From NCBI RefSeq assembly GCF_009914755.1, contig NC_060937.1: a stretch of 64,000 bases of DNA. One strand, 5' to 3'. Both the position numbers and the translations under genes were made by a program. The notes below the pieces were generated by a model that was given only the letters and a program-made list of their open reading frames with translations, searched no databases and was not told the origin of the DNA. Below, in pieces: positions 1 through 14,000 of this stretch. Within the stretch, counting starts at the first letter, position 1. Each line of letters starts with the position of its first letter. The DNA is from the human T2T-CHM13v2.0 reference genome, Homo sapiens.

Positions 1-245
1 TATAGTGGTAAGAACCCATCTCTAAAAGTAAAAAACAAATAATTTTAAAAGACAATTTTTCCTTATGGATAAAACACTACTGTAAAATCAGGGATGCTTC
101 AGGTGGTTCAAGTATTTCAATTCAAACATTTCTGTTCGCTGGCTGCTAAAATAATTCTAGAAACCCACTTTTAGGAATATTGAAATTTTACTTGAAGCCA
201 TTATGCCATAAACTACCAATTTCAACTCAAAATGTGGTCTTTCTT

Positions 246-513
246 TCCCATTTCAATCTATGTGTTACTGTACAAAGAGGAAAATCCCATTTCAAATATG
301 TGTTACTGTACAAAGAGGAAAATCCCATTTCAAAACATGTTACTGTACAAAGAGGAAAATCCCATTTCAAAATATGTGTTACTGTACAAAGAGGAAAATC
401 CCATTTCAAAACATGTTACTGTACAAAGAGGAAAATCCCATTTCAAAATATGTGTTACTGTACAAAGAGGAAAATCCCATTTCAAAATGTGTTACTGCAC
501 AAAGAGGAAAATC
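246..513. repeat. Minisatellite/VNTR, 7 copies of a 37-39 bp unit
   Basis: Unit TCCCATTTCAA(A)A(T/C)A(TG)TGTTACTGTACAAAGAGGAAAA starts at 246, 285, 323, 360, 399, 436 and 475; it explains the repetitive ORFs at 180-566. Confidence 0.97.
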
Positions 514-2708
514 GACATAGTTCCTGCCATCAAGGTGTTTACAGTTTTATGAAAGGACAGATTTAACCGAATAACTACAGGGTTCCCAGAGGTTCAAGTG
601 TGTTTGGTAATCCACACACATATCACATTTACTGGCACCCAATTAATGCATGAAGACTAATAGGAGAGTCACCTTAGAGTTCCTTGTTTCATAAAGTACA
701 CAGAAATATATTTAATTTTCTCAGATGTATATTATGCTACAAAAATGCATTGAGGTTATATTTTTGGAAACAGTGTTTAATATGAGAATGAGTAACAAAA
801 AGGCCAATAGAACTGAAAGGATTAATTTATAAAGAAAGACTGAAAAGAATAAATGTCAATAGTGAGACCAAATAAAAACTGAAGAGGAATATAACAATAG
901 CGATAAACTCAAAAGTGTTTAGAAAAGAAAGAAACTTCAATAATGAGCCAAAAGTAAGAAAACGATTATTCACCTAAAAAATGAGCACCAGCTTTGTTAT
1001 TAAGCTAGAGACGCAGTCAAAGCAAAAGGCTGCATGAACTCAGAAATAAGGAAAGAAATTCCAAGGGCTATCTATGTGGTCACTAAAGGGAAGGTAGCTA
1101 TTAGCCATTTATCCGTTCATGTTTATCCTTACTGAGAGCATTTATCTTGGTAGAGACACCAGGAGAGTTTTTTAATAGTTCAAAAATATTTTACAGGAAA
1201 AAATATATTCAGGGAAAGTCAGACTGAGAATTGTCCAGGCCAAGGAATATGTATTCCTACTCTGACCTGTTGTCTTTTCTTGGAAAATTCAGGACAGAAT
1301 GAAGTTTCTTTCTTCTGTGAGAAATCAGTCTCAGGTCCCTACTAATGTGGCACTTTTCTGTCCTAGGTAAAACAGTCTTCTTGATACTAGGTAAGGGGAA
1401 AGGTGAAGAGCTGTGTTTTTCCACAGACCTCGAAGAAATATCTCAGCAAGGAGTCTCCAGTCCCCTTACTGTCCAGAACAAATAACGTGAATTTATCTAG
1501 ACTTGAGAATTGATCAGGTTAATTATAATACTCTCAATATTTATAATTTTTAATTACATAATTTGGAATTGAGTCTGTAGGTCTACTGAGTCAGTTAATA
1601 AAAGCAGAACCCCCTTCTAAAATTACTCATAAGAAAAAAAATCTAATTTTTTTATTTTTAATTTTTTTCTGAATACTTTAAATAACGCTGAAATATCAAT
1701 AACAGCTTAGTGTAATGTTTGCTTCTCCCTGCAATAAGCTTATTTCTAAAGATGCCTCAAAGAGAGAAGAAAATGGAAGTAGCCAGGCAAGCACATTGCT
1801 CCAGCCATTGGGTTTACGCATTAAACCCAGGGCTTAATGCGTAAAGCCTTCTATGCCCTAACAGCAAAGGGAAGATAGCCTACTTTTCAGCTATACTTAC
1901 ACAAGAAGTTCTGGAAATATGAATCAATACGTTTCAGCACACAATTTACTATTAATGGCAAAGTTATTTCCTGACATCTCAAAATACCAAGATAAACATT
2001 GCAACCATGAATTCTAAGACACGGCTTTTCCATCTCCTACTAAAATCCCTATAATAGCCACACTTGTTCAAGTGGGACATTCCTTGGATTTTAAAATTCT
2101 CCTGCCATACTGTCTCTGCCTCTTAAGCAGGAAGACCACCCAAAAGAAGGCTTTGATCTAAAAGTAATGCTGTACTGTAAAAAATTGAAGAATAGGTAAG
2201 AGCAGTGGTCAGTATAAAAACCTTTGATCCCTGTGAATAAGTTCCTTTGGAATATAAGAAAAAAATAGAAACTGGGGTTCAAATGTTCAGTGAGAAAGAA
2301 ATATGCAATAATTTAGATTTATAGGATCCATACAGTCTACAATTTCATGATGTTCTTTTCCCCACTGTGAATTTTGAAATTTAATTCATTTAGTTTAGTA
2401 AACTCATCTGAATTGTTAAACTATAAAAACATAATTTTGAGAGAAAACTTTCCCATGCCACTGTACATTATCTATTAATTTTGAATAAAAAACATTTTAT
2501 TTCAATAAGGGATTATTCAAAATCAACAATATCCCAGAAAATGCTCAGTATAGATATCCAGAATTCAAAGAAAAAAAAGCAAAAGTTGCAATTTATTTTT
2601 TCTAAGTGATCCCTAAAAATTCATAGATGGGTCTGGGTTATTTTAACTTATGGTAGAAATGGTTAAAAGTTTGGGCTCTGCAGTGGTTTTTATTGTTTTT
2701 TTTTCTTG

Positions 2709-3075
<367 letters not shown>

Positions 3076-3169
3076 TGATGGATTTTAACTAGAATTTAAA
3101 ATCTACGTTAAACTATTTTTAAACTAAACACACCTATACACGTGCACTTACACACACTTTAAGTAAAAT

Positions 3170-3720
3170 AGAAAGAGTCAGATAGTCATGGGTTTAAATT
3201 CTGATTCTACTATTTACTAGCTGTTTGATCTTCAGTTACATACTTAATCTTTCTCATTCTCAATTTCCCTATCTAGAAGTAGAGATCATTACAGTGCATA
3301 TCTCAGAGTTGTCAGCAGATTAAATGAGATGCTACAGGGAGGCAAGATAGCACAGTACCTTCCAGCACGGGTCCTCCAGCAATGGTTCTCTAAGTGTGTT
3401 CCATGGACAAGCAGCATCAGCTTCACTCAAAAACCTGTCAGAAATGCAAATTCTTTGGCCCCACCTCAGACCTACTAAGGGCGTGCCCAGCGAATAGTGT
3501 TTTAATAAGCCCTCAACTAGAGTTGAGAACCACTATCCTAGATTCAGACTTCTTGGGTTTGAATCCGAGTCTTGCCATTTCATAACTTCATAACCATGGG
3601 CAAGTGACTAAACTTCTATAATTCATGTAAAGTTTGTGAAACATAATAATAAATGTTAGTTGTGATGAAAATGCTTAGGACAGTGCTGGATTCATGGTAA
3701 GCAGCTGAGTAAATGTTAGC
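3170..3720 (+). mobile_element. MIR fragments flanking a MER5A-like hAT DNA transposon (~3378-3534)
   Basis: MIR-like GGGTTTAAATTCTGATTCTACTATTTACTAGCTG; MER5-like CAATGGTTCTCTAAGTGTG...AGAAATGCAAATTCTTTGGCCCCACC...TTGAGAACCACT. Confidence 0.75.
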
Positions 3721-4539
3721 CACTAGTAGGGAGAATTATTATTTTTATCATTTTTTATTAATGTGAATTAATATAAAATCATCATATTATGCCATTGTGA
3801 AACAGGGTCAGGTAACATTTAAGCTGTTATGTTCAAGTTCAAAGTAAGAAAAAGGAAATTGAAAGCTGATGCCCGTGCATAGAAATTTCTGTGTAATTTA
3901 AAAAGCAAGACCTATAGAAAGGTGTCCAATATGTATGTATTTCAGTTCCAAAGAAGTCACATTTTCTTTTCTTCATATGATCAAACTTGTTGAAGGCAGA
4001 CATGCTAAAAATAAAAATGATTCACCATGATCATTCATGCAGTTTTAAAAGTCAAAGATTAGAAAGACCCAACATTCTTTCTAATCTGCTGATTTTATTC
4101 CTTTTGTAGTCCAAATGTCCACACATGGCCAGACTTGAATGCTAAGTATGACACGTCATTATTTTTTTCATCTCTTGTATCTTGTAAAGGTTCAAAGAAA
4201 GGTGAACGTGCCCATAAGCATATGGCCTGGCATTTCGTTCTTTAATGCTGTGATTAAAAAAAAAAAAAAAAGATTGAGGATTAAGATGCAGAGAATGGAG
4301 ATGTTCATGCTTGGGTGAGATGGTCATGAATTCGACAGCAAGCATCTGCTTCTTCACAGCCCAAGGCCCTGGAACTTCACAGCAATCTGATCATACCATC
4401 TGCAAGCATGGGAAAGGCTTTCTAAGTGTCTTATTTTATAGCTGATCATATTTTGCCATTTTTTATCTTTTTCTATAGTAATAGCACACTAAAGTTCATA
4501 AAGCCTGGAGTTTTCTCCACAGGAAGACATTTAAGTATT

Positions 4540-7260
4540 AATTCAGGCTCCTCTTTTCTCTGATTTGCAAAGCTACATCTTTTCTAAGACTTCGCTCATT
4601 TTATCTACATTTTCAAATGTGTTGACTTAAAGATGTTCGTAAAATCTTTACATTATCTTTTTAAAACATCTATAACATCTAAAATTAGGCTTCCTTTTTC
4701 ACTTCTGGCATCAGTTATTTGTGCCTTCTATTTTATCATCTTGATCAATAGTGTCGATAGTAGATAGTATCATCAATCAAATTTTGTTCATTTTGTAATC
4801 TTTTCAAAGTACAACCTTTTTGCTTTGTTCAAAATTTTTAGCATGTCTTTATTTCTATAACATTAATTTAATCTTTTACCTAAACTACTGTTATACTGTT
4901 ATGTTCCTTTTATTTGGAATTGCTTTGGATTTTTAAATAACAATGAAATTGATAATTTGATTAATTTTAGGTTTTTTTTTTTTTTTTTTTTTTGAGACGG
5001 AGTCTTGCTCTGTTGCCAGGCTGGAGTGCAGTGGCATGATCTCAGCTTCCCAAGTAGCTGGGACTACAGGTGCTCACCACCATGCCCAGCTAAGTTTTGT
5101 ATTTTTAGTAGAGATGGGATTTCACCATGTTGGCCAGGATGGTCTTGATCTCTTGACCTTGTGATCTGCCCGCCTCGGCCTCCCAAAGTGCTAGGATTAT
5201 AGGCATGACCCACCACACCCAGCCCCTACAGTTCTTTTCTAAATAAGCAATGTTTTGACTTTTTTCCAATAGTTTGACATAATAGTATTTGCAGTATAAC
5301 TTTTCAGAATATTTTTTGTATCTATCATGATTTATCCTTTGAACATAGATTTTGAGCTTTTAATTCCAAAGGATGGAAATGTTATATTGTATTATTGATT
5401 GATCATTGAATTCTAGGTTAATCCTCCAGTTGTTAGGATAGCAATCTTTTTAAATGTGTGGAAACTGGCAGTACGGTCAAGTTTTCTATAGGCAACTTTT
5501 ATAAATATTCTCTGTGTTTCTGAAAAGAAGGTGCATTGTATAGTTATGTGATGTGATGTTCTGTATGCGTCTATTAGATCAGATTTGTTAATTCCATCTT
5601 ATAAATCTATTTTTTTTTACTGGTTTCGCGTGCCTTCTATCAATTAATGAGACATAATTGTTAAATTCTACTACTATGATTGTCAATTTGTTAATTTCCC
5701 CTTTGTTTCTGACTATATTTGCTTGATGTATTTTGAAACTAAGTTTGTAGATATGTCCAAATTCACAATTATTTATGTTCCTGAGAAACTGAAACTGTTA
5801 CTACTATAAAATGGCCATTTTTATCCTGAGTAATACTGTGGACCTTAAATTCTATTTTGTATGATATACAAATAAATACACCAGGTTTCATTTGGATATT
5901 ATTTGTATGGTTGTCTTTTCTACCCTTTTGCTTTTAACTCTTATATTTATATATAGCTTTTCACACAGCTTTATCATTTAGATGTGTCTTTCATAATGTT
6001 TTTCATTCAGATGGTTTTACTTGACAATCTTTCTAAATTCAGCCAACTAGACAATTTACCTTTAATGTATTTACCAATCTGTTTGTATTTAAGTTTATCA
6101 TCTAGCAGCATCTTACTGCTTTTTGTATGTTGCTCTTTTGATCCCTTTTTTCCTTCTTTTGGATTAATGAATATGTTTCATCTTTCTGTTTTTCCTCCAA
6201 TAATTTGGAAGTTACATAGTCTGTTTATTCCTTTTACTAATTTACTTATAAGTTATCACATGCATGTTTATTTTTCTAATATGAATCAATAAACAATTTG
6301 TCTCTTCCTGGAAAAAACAAGGACTTGACTTTATGTCCACTTATTCCCACTCCAACCTATATATTATTGCTGTCATAAGTTTTAATTTTTATCAGTGTAA
6401 TCCACCATGACATTATTACTATGATTTATATTTACAGTCAATAATCATTCTGATTTACCAAAATATGGGGCCACTTTGATTTTTTATTGCTGCTTTGTAG
6501 AACTCCTACCTGTTCTGTTTCCTGTAGCAAATATCTATCAATTGAAAATCCTGTCAGTTTTTTTATCTGAAAACATTTTTATTCTTGAAAGATTTTTTTT
6601 TGCTGTGAATTAATGGATTGCAAGATTTTTTTTTCTTCAGTATACTAAAATTTCAACCCACTCTCTTCTAGTTGTCATTATCGCTGATGACAAGATAGCC
6701 ATCGATCTATTTAGAAATCCTTGGAGGTAATATACTTTTTTCCTACCTTGGGTGACTTCTAAGTTTTTTTTCCTTTGGTGCTCTTCAATTTCATTATAAT
6801 GTGTCTAAATGTAGCTGTCTTTGCTCATACTTTCTGAGATTCACTGAGCTTCTTGAGTCTATGGATTGGTGTCTTACCAGTTCTGGAAAGTCACCAGCTG
6901 TGAGAGAGCATTCACTCTTTCTTCTTCTAATTATGACCCAGTTAAACCTCTTATACCATTTAACCTGTCTCTCTGTGAAGTGTGCTCTGGGTAATTTCTT
7001 CTGATGTTTCTTCTATCTAATTCTGTCTACATCTGTATGTAATTAGTGTTTAAATCCATGTATTAAGTTTTCAATATTTGTTATTGTAATATTTAATTCT
7101 AAAAGGTATATATGCTACCTTTTCAAATCTGCTTCATCAATTTTATATTATTATTTTCTCTTCAGATGTATATATATATATACTTTTTATTTCTTTAAGT
7201 ATAGAAACAATAATTATTTTCTAATCAGTGTCTCATAATTCTAATATATTATTTTGGGAT
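4540..7260 (-). mobile_element. Old degenerate L1 (L1M-type) fragment, interrupted by an Alu
   Basis: T-rich antisense L1-like tracts such as GTTCTGTATGCGTCTATTAGATC, TTCTACTACTATGATTGT and TTCTTGAAAGATTTTTT; boundaries approximate. Confidence 0.6.
4972..5224 (-). mobile_element. Alu with internal deletion
   Basis: GAGACGGAGTCTTGCTCTGTTGCCAGGCTGGAGTGCAGTGG; jumps from GATCTCAGC directly to TTCCCAAGTAGCTGGG. Confidence 0.95.
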
Positions 7261-7301
7261 CTACTTTGGCTTTCCTTTTTTCCTGCCAATTCTCTCATTG
7301 T

Positions 7302-7303
<2 letters not shown>

Positions 7304-7334
<31 letters not shown>
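7304..7334. repeat. (TG)n microsatellite
   Basis: Pure GT dinucleotide run. Confidence 0.97.
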
Positions 7335-7338
<4 letters not shown>

Positions 7339-7766
7339 ACCAACCCTGCTTATTTTGGTTGAAAATAATTCTTTGTGGGGAATTTTTGATACCTAGACTA
7401 AAAGAATAACGTCTTTCAGATCGGATTCCCATTTGCTTCCCCACAGCCTAGTGAAACTACAAGTCTGGGATTGTTTTCAAAATAACTTCATGGCTCCAAT
7501 CCAGGATTTTTGTGCAACACAGTTGATATAAATCTGGGCTACAAAACTGCACAAGAACAATCTAATTGTGGCTACTTCTTGAAGACTTATTTTCTCCTCT
7601 GATTTGTTCAGCACCAAGTGAACATTTTTTTTGTAGGCTCATAGGTGCAGGGTATGGGGCTTATTGTTACCCAGCTCTTCCTGATAATACGATAGGCCAG
7701 TGCGGAGTGCAGAGATTAGCAAACATTTTTCATCATTAACCAATGGGCTTCAAAAGTCATAAAGAT

Positions 7767-8062
7767 GGCTGGGCTCCATGGCTCATGCCTGTAATCCCAT
7801 CACTTTGGGAGGCAGGTGGATCACTTGATGTCAGGAGTTCAAAAGCAGCCCAGCCAACATGGTGAAACTCCATCTCCACTAAAAATACAAAAATTAGCCA
7901 GGCATGGTGGCACGTACATGTAGTCCCAACTACAGGCTGAGGTGGGAGAATCCCTTGAACCCGTGAGGCAGAGGTTGCAGTGAGCTGAGATCTCACCACC
8001 AAACCCCAGCCTGGGTGACAGAGCCAGCCTCCATCTCAAAAAAAAAAAAAAAAAAACAAAAA
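7767..8062 (+). mobile_element. Alu (AluS-like) with target-site duplication
   Basis: GGCTGGGCTCCATGGCTCATGCCTGTAATCCC...poly-A; flanks AAAAGTCATAAAGAT / AAAAGTAATAAAGAT. Confidence 0.97.
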
Positions 8063-10409
8063 AGTAATAAAGATGACATTTTGATACCTTATCTTTCTCC
8101 TATGATTTATTTCCAACTCTTTTCAACTTAGACCACAAAGTGTATACTTCATCTTTTGTTTTATTTGTTTATATTTATTTTTAAAAGAGCTGGTCTTATT
8201 TAATATAATGAGATTTTTACAGATGTGAAATATAAGCACACATATTCTTTGTCAGAATGTGATTTTAGTCATTATTATTTGACACTACAGTAGGTATAAT
8301 TTACATAATTTCTGCCACATATTGACACACCAATGCAGTCATTCAACTAACATGTGTTGAGTTTCTGCTAAGGACCATTGCTACTCACAGTGTGGTTTGT
8401 ATTTCTTAGGATCTTCTTAGAAATTTTGATGGATTAAGTCAGCTTCTGATTTTTAAGAAAGCAAAATAGACATTAAGGCATAATTTGGGGTTATGATAAA
8501 CATGATCTAAAACTGAAGAATGAAAGTATTATCATCATGCATTAAATTTTGTAGGAATCTTAATTTCTTAGATTTTTTGATATGGTTCAAAACTAGTCTG
8601 TTTTGAAAAGAAGACACAAATAAAAGTTGAGCTCTAGCCAGAATATCTAAAAATGCTATGTGATAATAAATGATGTATTTGCATTAGTATTTAAAAGTAC
8701 CACATTTTTGCACCTTATGATCTCAGCATTAGTTTATGACACAGAAGAAATATGAAGAGTACTTTAAAAAGATTTCCTTAAAACTTATGTTTAAGGCCTG
8801 TGGAACCCTTCATACAACATTTGGATAAACAGAAAATTCAATGAACAAAAGGTTATCTCAACATAAACTCTACTGAAACCTACTGTAGGACCTAATTTCA
8901 AAGCACTCAATAACATAATTGAAGCAGTAATTACCTGACTTCAGGATGAACAGTTGGAGGCATTCATTTTTTTCCCCAGCATATCACATAATTTTTACCT
9001 AAGAAAGCTCCCTTTACATTTTTAACAACAGTTTTGATGGATAGGAACAAGAAGCATTTGCACTATAATTTTTCAGTGCATTATAATCAAGTGAGTGTTT
9101 TCTAAATGTCATAGTTTAAATTTCATGGGGCGTGAAATCTCCTTTGAAATGAAATTTAAAGCCTTTTTCAAATAAGAAGACTAATCTTACAGTCAAAAAC
9201 ACTTTATATTCCCAGATATTATTAACCTTGGAGGACTGCTTGCAAGATGATAATACTTTCTGACACATTAAGATTAAATTTGTCTTTATACAATTATGTT
9301 AAATAATACATTTAAAATAGATAAGATTGCAGGAGAAGTGTTATGTGTGTGCAGTGGTAGGCTTCCCATTTACTAATAACAAACTTAACTACTCACCATT
9401 TACATGGTAATGTTAACATGTATTTGATCAGATCACTTCTAAAGAAAACTATTTTGGACTAATCATAGTGCTTAATGTCAAAAATGATAGCATCGCACTG
9501 TATCCTAAAAAATAGATGGCGTTAACTTCCTATACTACTTTCGAATTTGAAAAAGCACACAACTATTTATTATTAGTAAAGTGCAAAATCCTTTTTATAT
9601 AATCAGTGCTATTTGGGTGCACCCCAAAATGTTTTAAAGTGATCTGAAATATGTTAGTTATATTTTAAACCGCTTGTTTTAACACTTTGTTTTCAATTAC
9701 AAGCAGCTGTACATGAAATCTTTTGCAAGAAGGATGCATGGTGATTGGCCATTTTTCTTAGACAAGGGCTGTCAATGCCAAAATCATTTCAAATATGAAA
9801 AGCAATGATGCAATAACATTTTTATCTTCTTTGAGGCCTTGAAATCTTAATGATAATGGAAAGTATAAGGTATCTTTTAAAATTTGTATTCTTTCATATT
9901 ACAGCTAATATCCACTTCCATTTTCAGATCCTAATGTTTTAAAATATGAACAAAGGGAGTCAGTTAGACATGAAAAAACAATCATAAATACTGGCTCATC
10001 AATCTCATATTCTTTCAAGAGAAAAAAAAAACTTAAGAGTCTTCTAGGTAGCCACTGTTCCATGCTGATTGCCATCTTCCATCCCTTTGTGGTGGGGCTT
10101 TGGCCCCACCTGGTGGTTGGTTATGAGAATGGATGACCCCATATTTCATCTGAGAAACGTATGCACAGGCACAGCTTCCTTTATTTATGTGTTGGTTTCT
10201 GTTTGTTTGTTATGTATTACCCATAATTTTGTTAATTCCAATACAATAAGTCTTTGTTTTATCCAGAGATACACTTCTTTGTAAATCCCTTTAGTTCTTC
10301 CTTTCTCTTGGTGCTGCCCCTTGCCTAACAAAACGTTTCTTTTCCTCTTAATATTAACTGCATTATCAGTCTCCTAACCTCACCAGCTTTCACTTGAAAA
10401 CCAAAAATG

Positions 10410-10746
<337 letters not shown>

Positions 10747-10978
10747 TTAGTATTACTAACAAGATGCATCAAGAAAAAAAAAAATGAAAAACCATACAGT
10801 ATATTTTAAGCCCTTCAAGGAATTTAAAATTTCCCTCTCATTCCTCATAAAACTGATGGCGTCTTCTAAATATACCAGTACTTCTCAGTGCCAGGATTTA
10901 AGGTACACAGAGACATTTTCTTCTCTGTCTTTTTTTTCCCCTTTGTATATGCTCTACTACAGGGAAAATTGGGATAGG

Positions 10979-11010
10979 GTGTGTGTGTGTGCGTGTGTGT
11001 GTGTGTGTGT
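10979..11010. repeat. (TG)n microsatellite with one interruption
   Basis: GTGTGTGTGTGTGCGTGTGT... Confidence 0.95.
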
Positions 11011-14000
11011 ACTAGTTTTATTCTCTTTCTTAATATTCAGAGTATAACTTTTATTAGAAAACAGTCTCCAAGTTCCAGTAAACCAACTTAAATAACCTAT
11101 GCTTAAATTGGATACTCCCTATATTAAAGCTTTTTATCTTTATTCTGTTTAATTTTCCTCAGTAACAGAACATTTTATTTAACACCCGGAGCACAAGGAC
11201 TCAAACAGCAGTCAACAATAAAAAATGCTAACTTACTCCTCCAAAAGAGCCACTTGAACATTTTTAATGTTTTAAAATGTATTAAAATATTGATTATTCC
11301 CAGGGTAACTAATACTACATCATAGACTATCTTTATTCAGGCCAGATAAGACTCATGAATAAGAGGTATTTGGATCCTCTAAAATGAGTTTCTGTAATTA
11401 GCAACTCCATTCCAGGCTGCCATTATCATAATATCATTCTCACTGTAGTCATTTGAAATGCAAACTATGTGTACAACTAATCTTTGAACCGAAGAACAAA
11501 ATCTTGACTTTAATCATCTAAACTTGAGTATTTTGAATTTTGTCCCTAGAATTGCTTTACAGAGCATTATTTGTGATGGAATTCCAGATAGGGTTCTCAG
11601 ATGATTGCTGAAATGGCTAGATATCATGGGCTGGAAAGGAGTCGATCCAAATAGTTGATTTTGTTTGAATTTTCAGGATAAGAAGACAATATTTTACTAA
11701 TTATAGTCACAGAATCCTCAGTTTTAACTGGTCTGTTCCAACAGAAGTATCCCTGAGCTAGGAGGATGATTTGAGCTATTTACAGCTTTCAGTGCTTATT
11801 CAGCACTTAAGTTTATGAAGCACCTTCATCTTATTTATTTCATTAACTATATTTCTGAATTCAGTCCCTCTAATAGATTTTAATATATCAATATAACTTT
11901 TTAAATTTCACTATCTAAATCTATAAGTCAAGATAATAAAAAAGTTTACTCTAAGAAGAATACACACTTGCACTATGTTGGAAGTTATGCTTACTTTTTT
12001 TTGTTGATCTTACTCATATACATTTCCTCATAGTGTTGATTGTGGAAAATACAACTATGATGTATAGAATTAAAATTTCCCAATATAGAGAAGTAAATAT
12101 TCAGGATCCTGAAACTATTGCTATTTTTTAGTTATATATTCTGGAACCTCATTTTGTATCATGTTTCAAATAAAACTACTTTTGTAAGAGTTATCACTAT
12201 CATCAAATAATATTTCTTCAACATTGTTACAATAATGGTTCCTTCATTAACTAGATATTTGCATAAAACCTTGATAGAAGATGCTAATATGGCACTGAGA
12301 GCCATGGATTATTTAGAGTGCTATTTATAACTGTTGAAATAAAAAGTACAAAGTTAATATTTGACAGCCATTTGAAAGCATGTCTCAAAACACTTTTGTT
12401 TTAAATAAAGATAAGCTGATTTTAATATCTGCAATATGTTACATGACTCAGATGAACTTTATGTTACTATTGTCACTTGAATGCTTCAGAAATTGTACAA
12501 AGGGATATTACATTTACTAGCTGTTGAAAAACACCATTGAGACATGACCTATAGTGACATGTTTCCACCACATATTTGTCACTCATCTGCTTTATGCTTA
12601 GCCAAATTTAAAAGTGAAATATGTCATTGGAATACAAAGGCTCAGAGTCAGACTTTTAAAGTCTGAGCTGTTCAAGGTGAGCTGTTTTTAATTTCCAAGG
12701 CGTCTTTCCTGCAAAATCAAATAGAAACATACTCTTTGATCGTCACTGCCTACAAAATAGCTATTAACTTTTCTAGTAGAATTAGCATATTGCTGTCTTT
12801 AGAGATTATAAAGCTGGCTTTTAATTGTGACCCATCACCCAGAGAACTGATAGAATTCACCAATGTCGGTAGCAGTCTTTCCACACCTCTCCAGCTCCTC
12901 TCCAAAATACCAAAAATGTACATTGTGGATCTCTAAGACAATTCTCTTTTCATGCCTAGTAAAACCTAAAAAAAAAAGAAAAAATAAAATGTTAATAAGG
13001 CTCTCTTGTAGAGTGGCTGAATGCCTGTAACATATGTTCTCTGTCTTACCAGAATAAGGAAGGCTGTTTAACTAATGCTGAAGCTGCTCTTGCCTATGAA
13101 TAGTATAAAAACCAAACAAGATGTCAAGAACCAGATCTCAAAATCTTTTGCTTAATATGATATCTATTTTAGGCTCCTGAAAATATACATACTAATTAAT
13201 GGAACCAAGTAACAGACCTAGGAGATGTTTAAAAGCCTATGACAGGCAAATGTGATTGGAACCTCATTAAGATTAAGATTATGCATTGATGACTGCAAGA
13301 AGTGCTCTCATTGGCCATGACATGTAATTTCATTTCTACTGGAAGTAACATACACTTCTCAGGAATTACTTGGGTAACATCTCTTTCCACAAAGTAATTG
13401 CCTTTTTATGTTTTGACATGGATGACACTTGTTAATGGCAAAGTCTTAAGGTGTTACAAATGCATAAATCACTGTCAATCACTCTCAATTATATAATGTG
13501 GGGTATTTTTATACCAACATCACCATCATCAAAAAAAGTACTTAACAAGTTACTCTGCTAAGAGAATTGCATAAATGGCTTTTATTAAGGAGGATTAACA
13601 TATTGAAAATAATAAAAAATTGTCAATACACAGAAAAAGGAACTAAGAACAAAAAACAACATACTAAGTCGAGAAAATATTGGAGAGTAATCTAGAATTA
13701 AGTGCATTCTGAAGCTGAGAGTAGGATGTATTTGTTGATGAGGTGAAATTATGGTGAAGTTCAAAGCTAAAGGGAAGCTATATTTTGTTGTACAGCAATC
13801 CATGATATCTTAAGTGGACGCTATTTATATTGGTTTTCTGTTAATCTATTGACCTGGTCTACCAACGTGTATGACCAGAAAATAAAATGGATTGCATGAT
13901 GCAAGTAGCAAAATGTGTATATTGAATTTAAAATGCATTATCTTTATGAAGAGAAGAAGATTACTTTGCTAATTATATTTTAATATGAGTTGGCATTTCC

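Noticed and set aside
246-513. CRISPR-like array or repeat-protein ORFs (180-566)
   Set aside because: Units are head-to-tail with no unique spacers, there are no cas genes, and the context is primate DNA. The ORFs in several frames are a by-product of the repeat.
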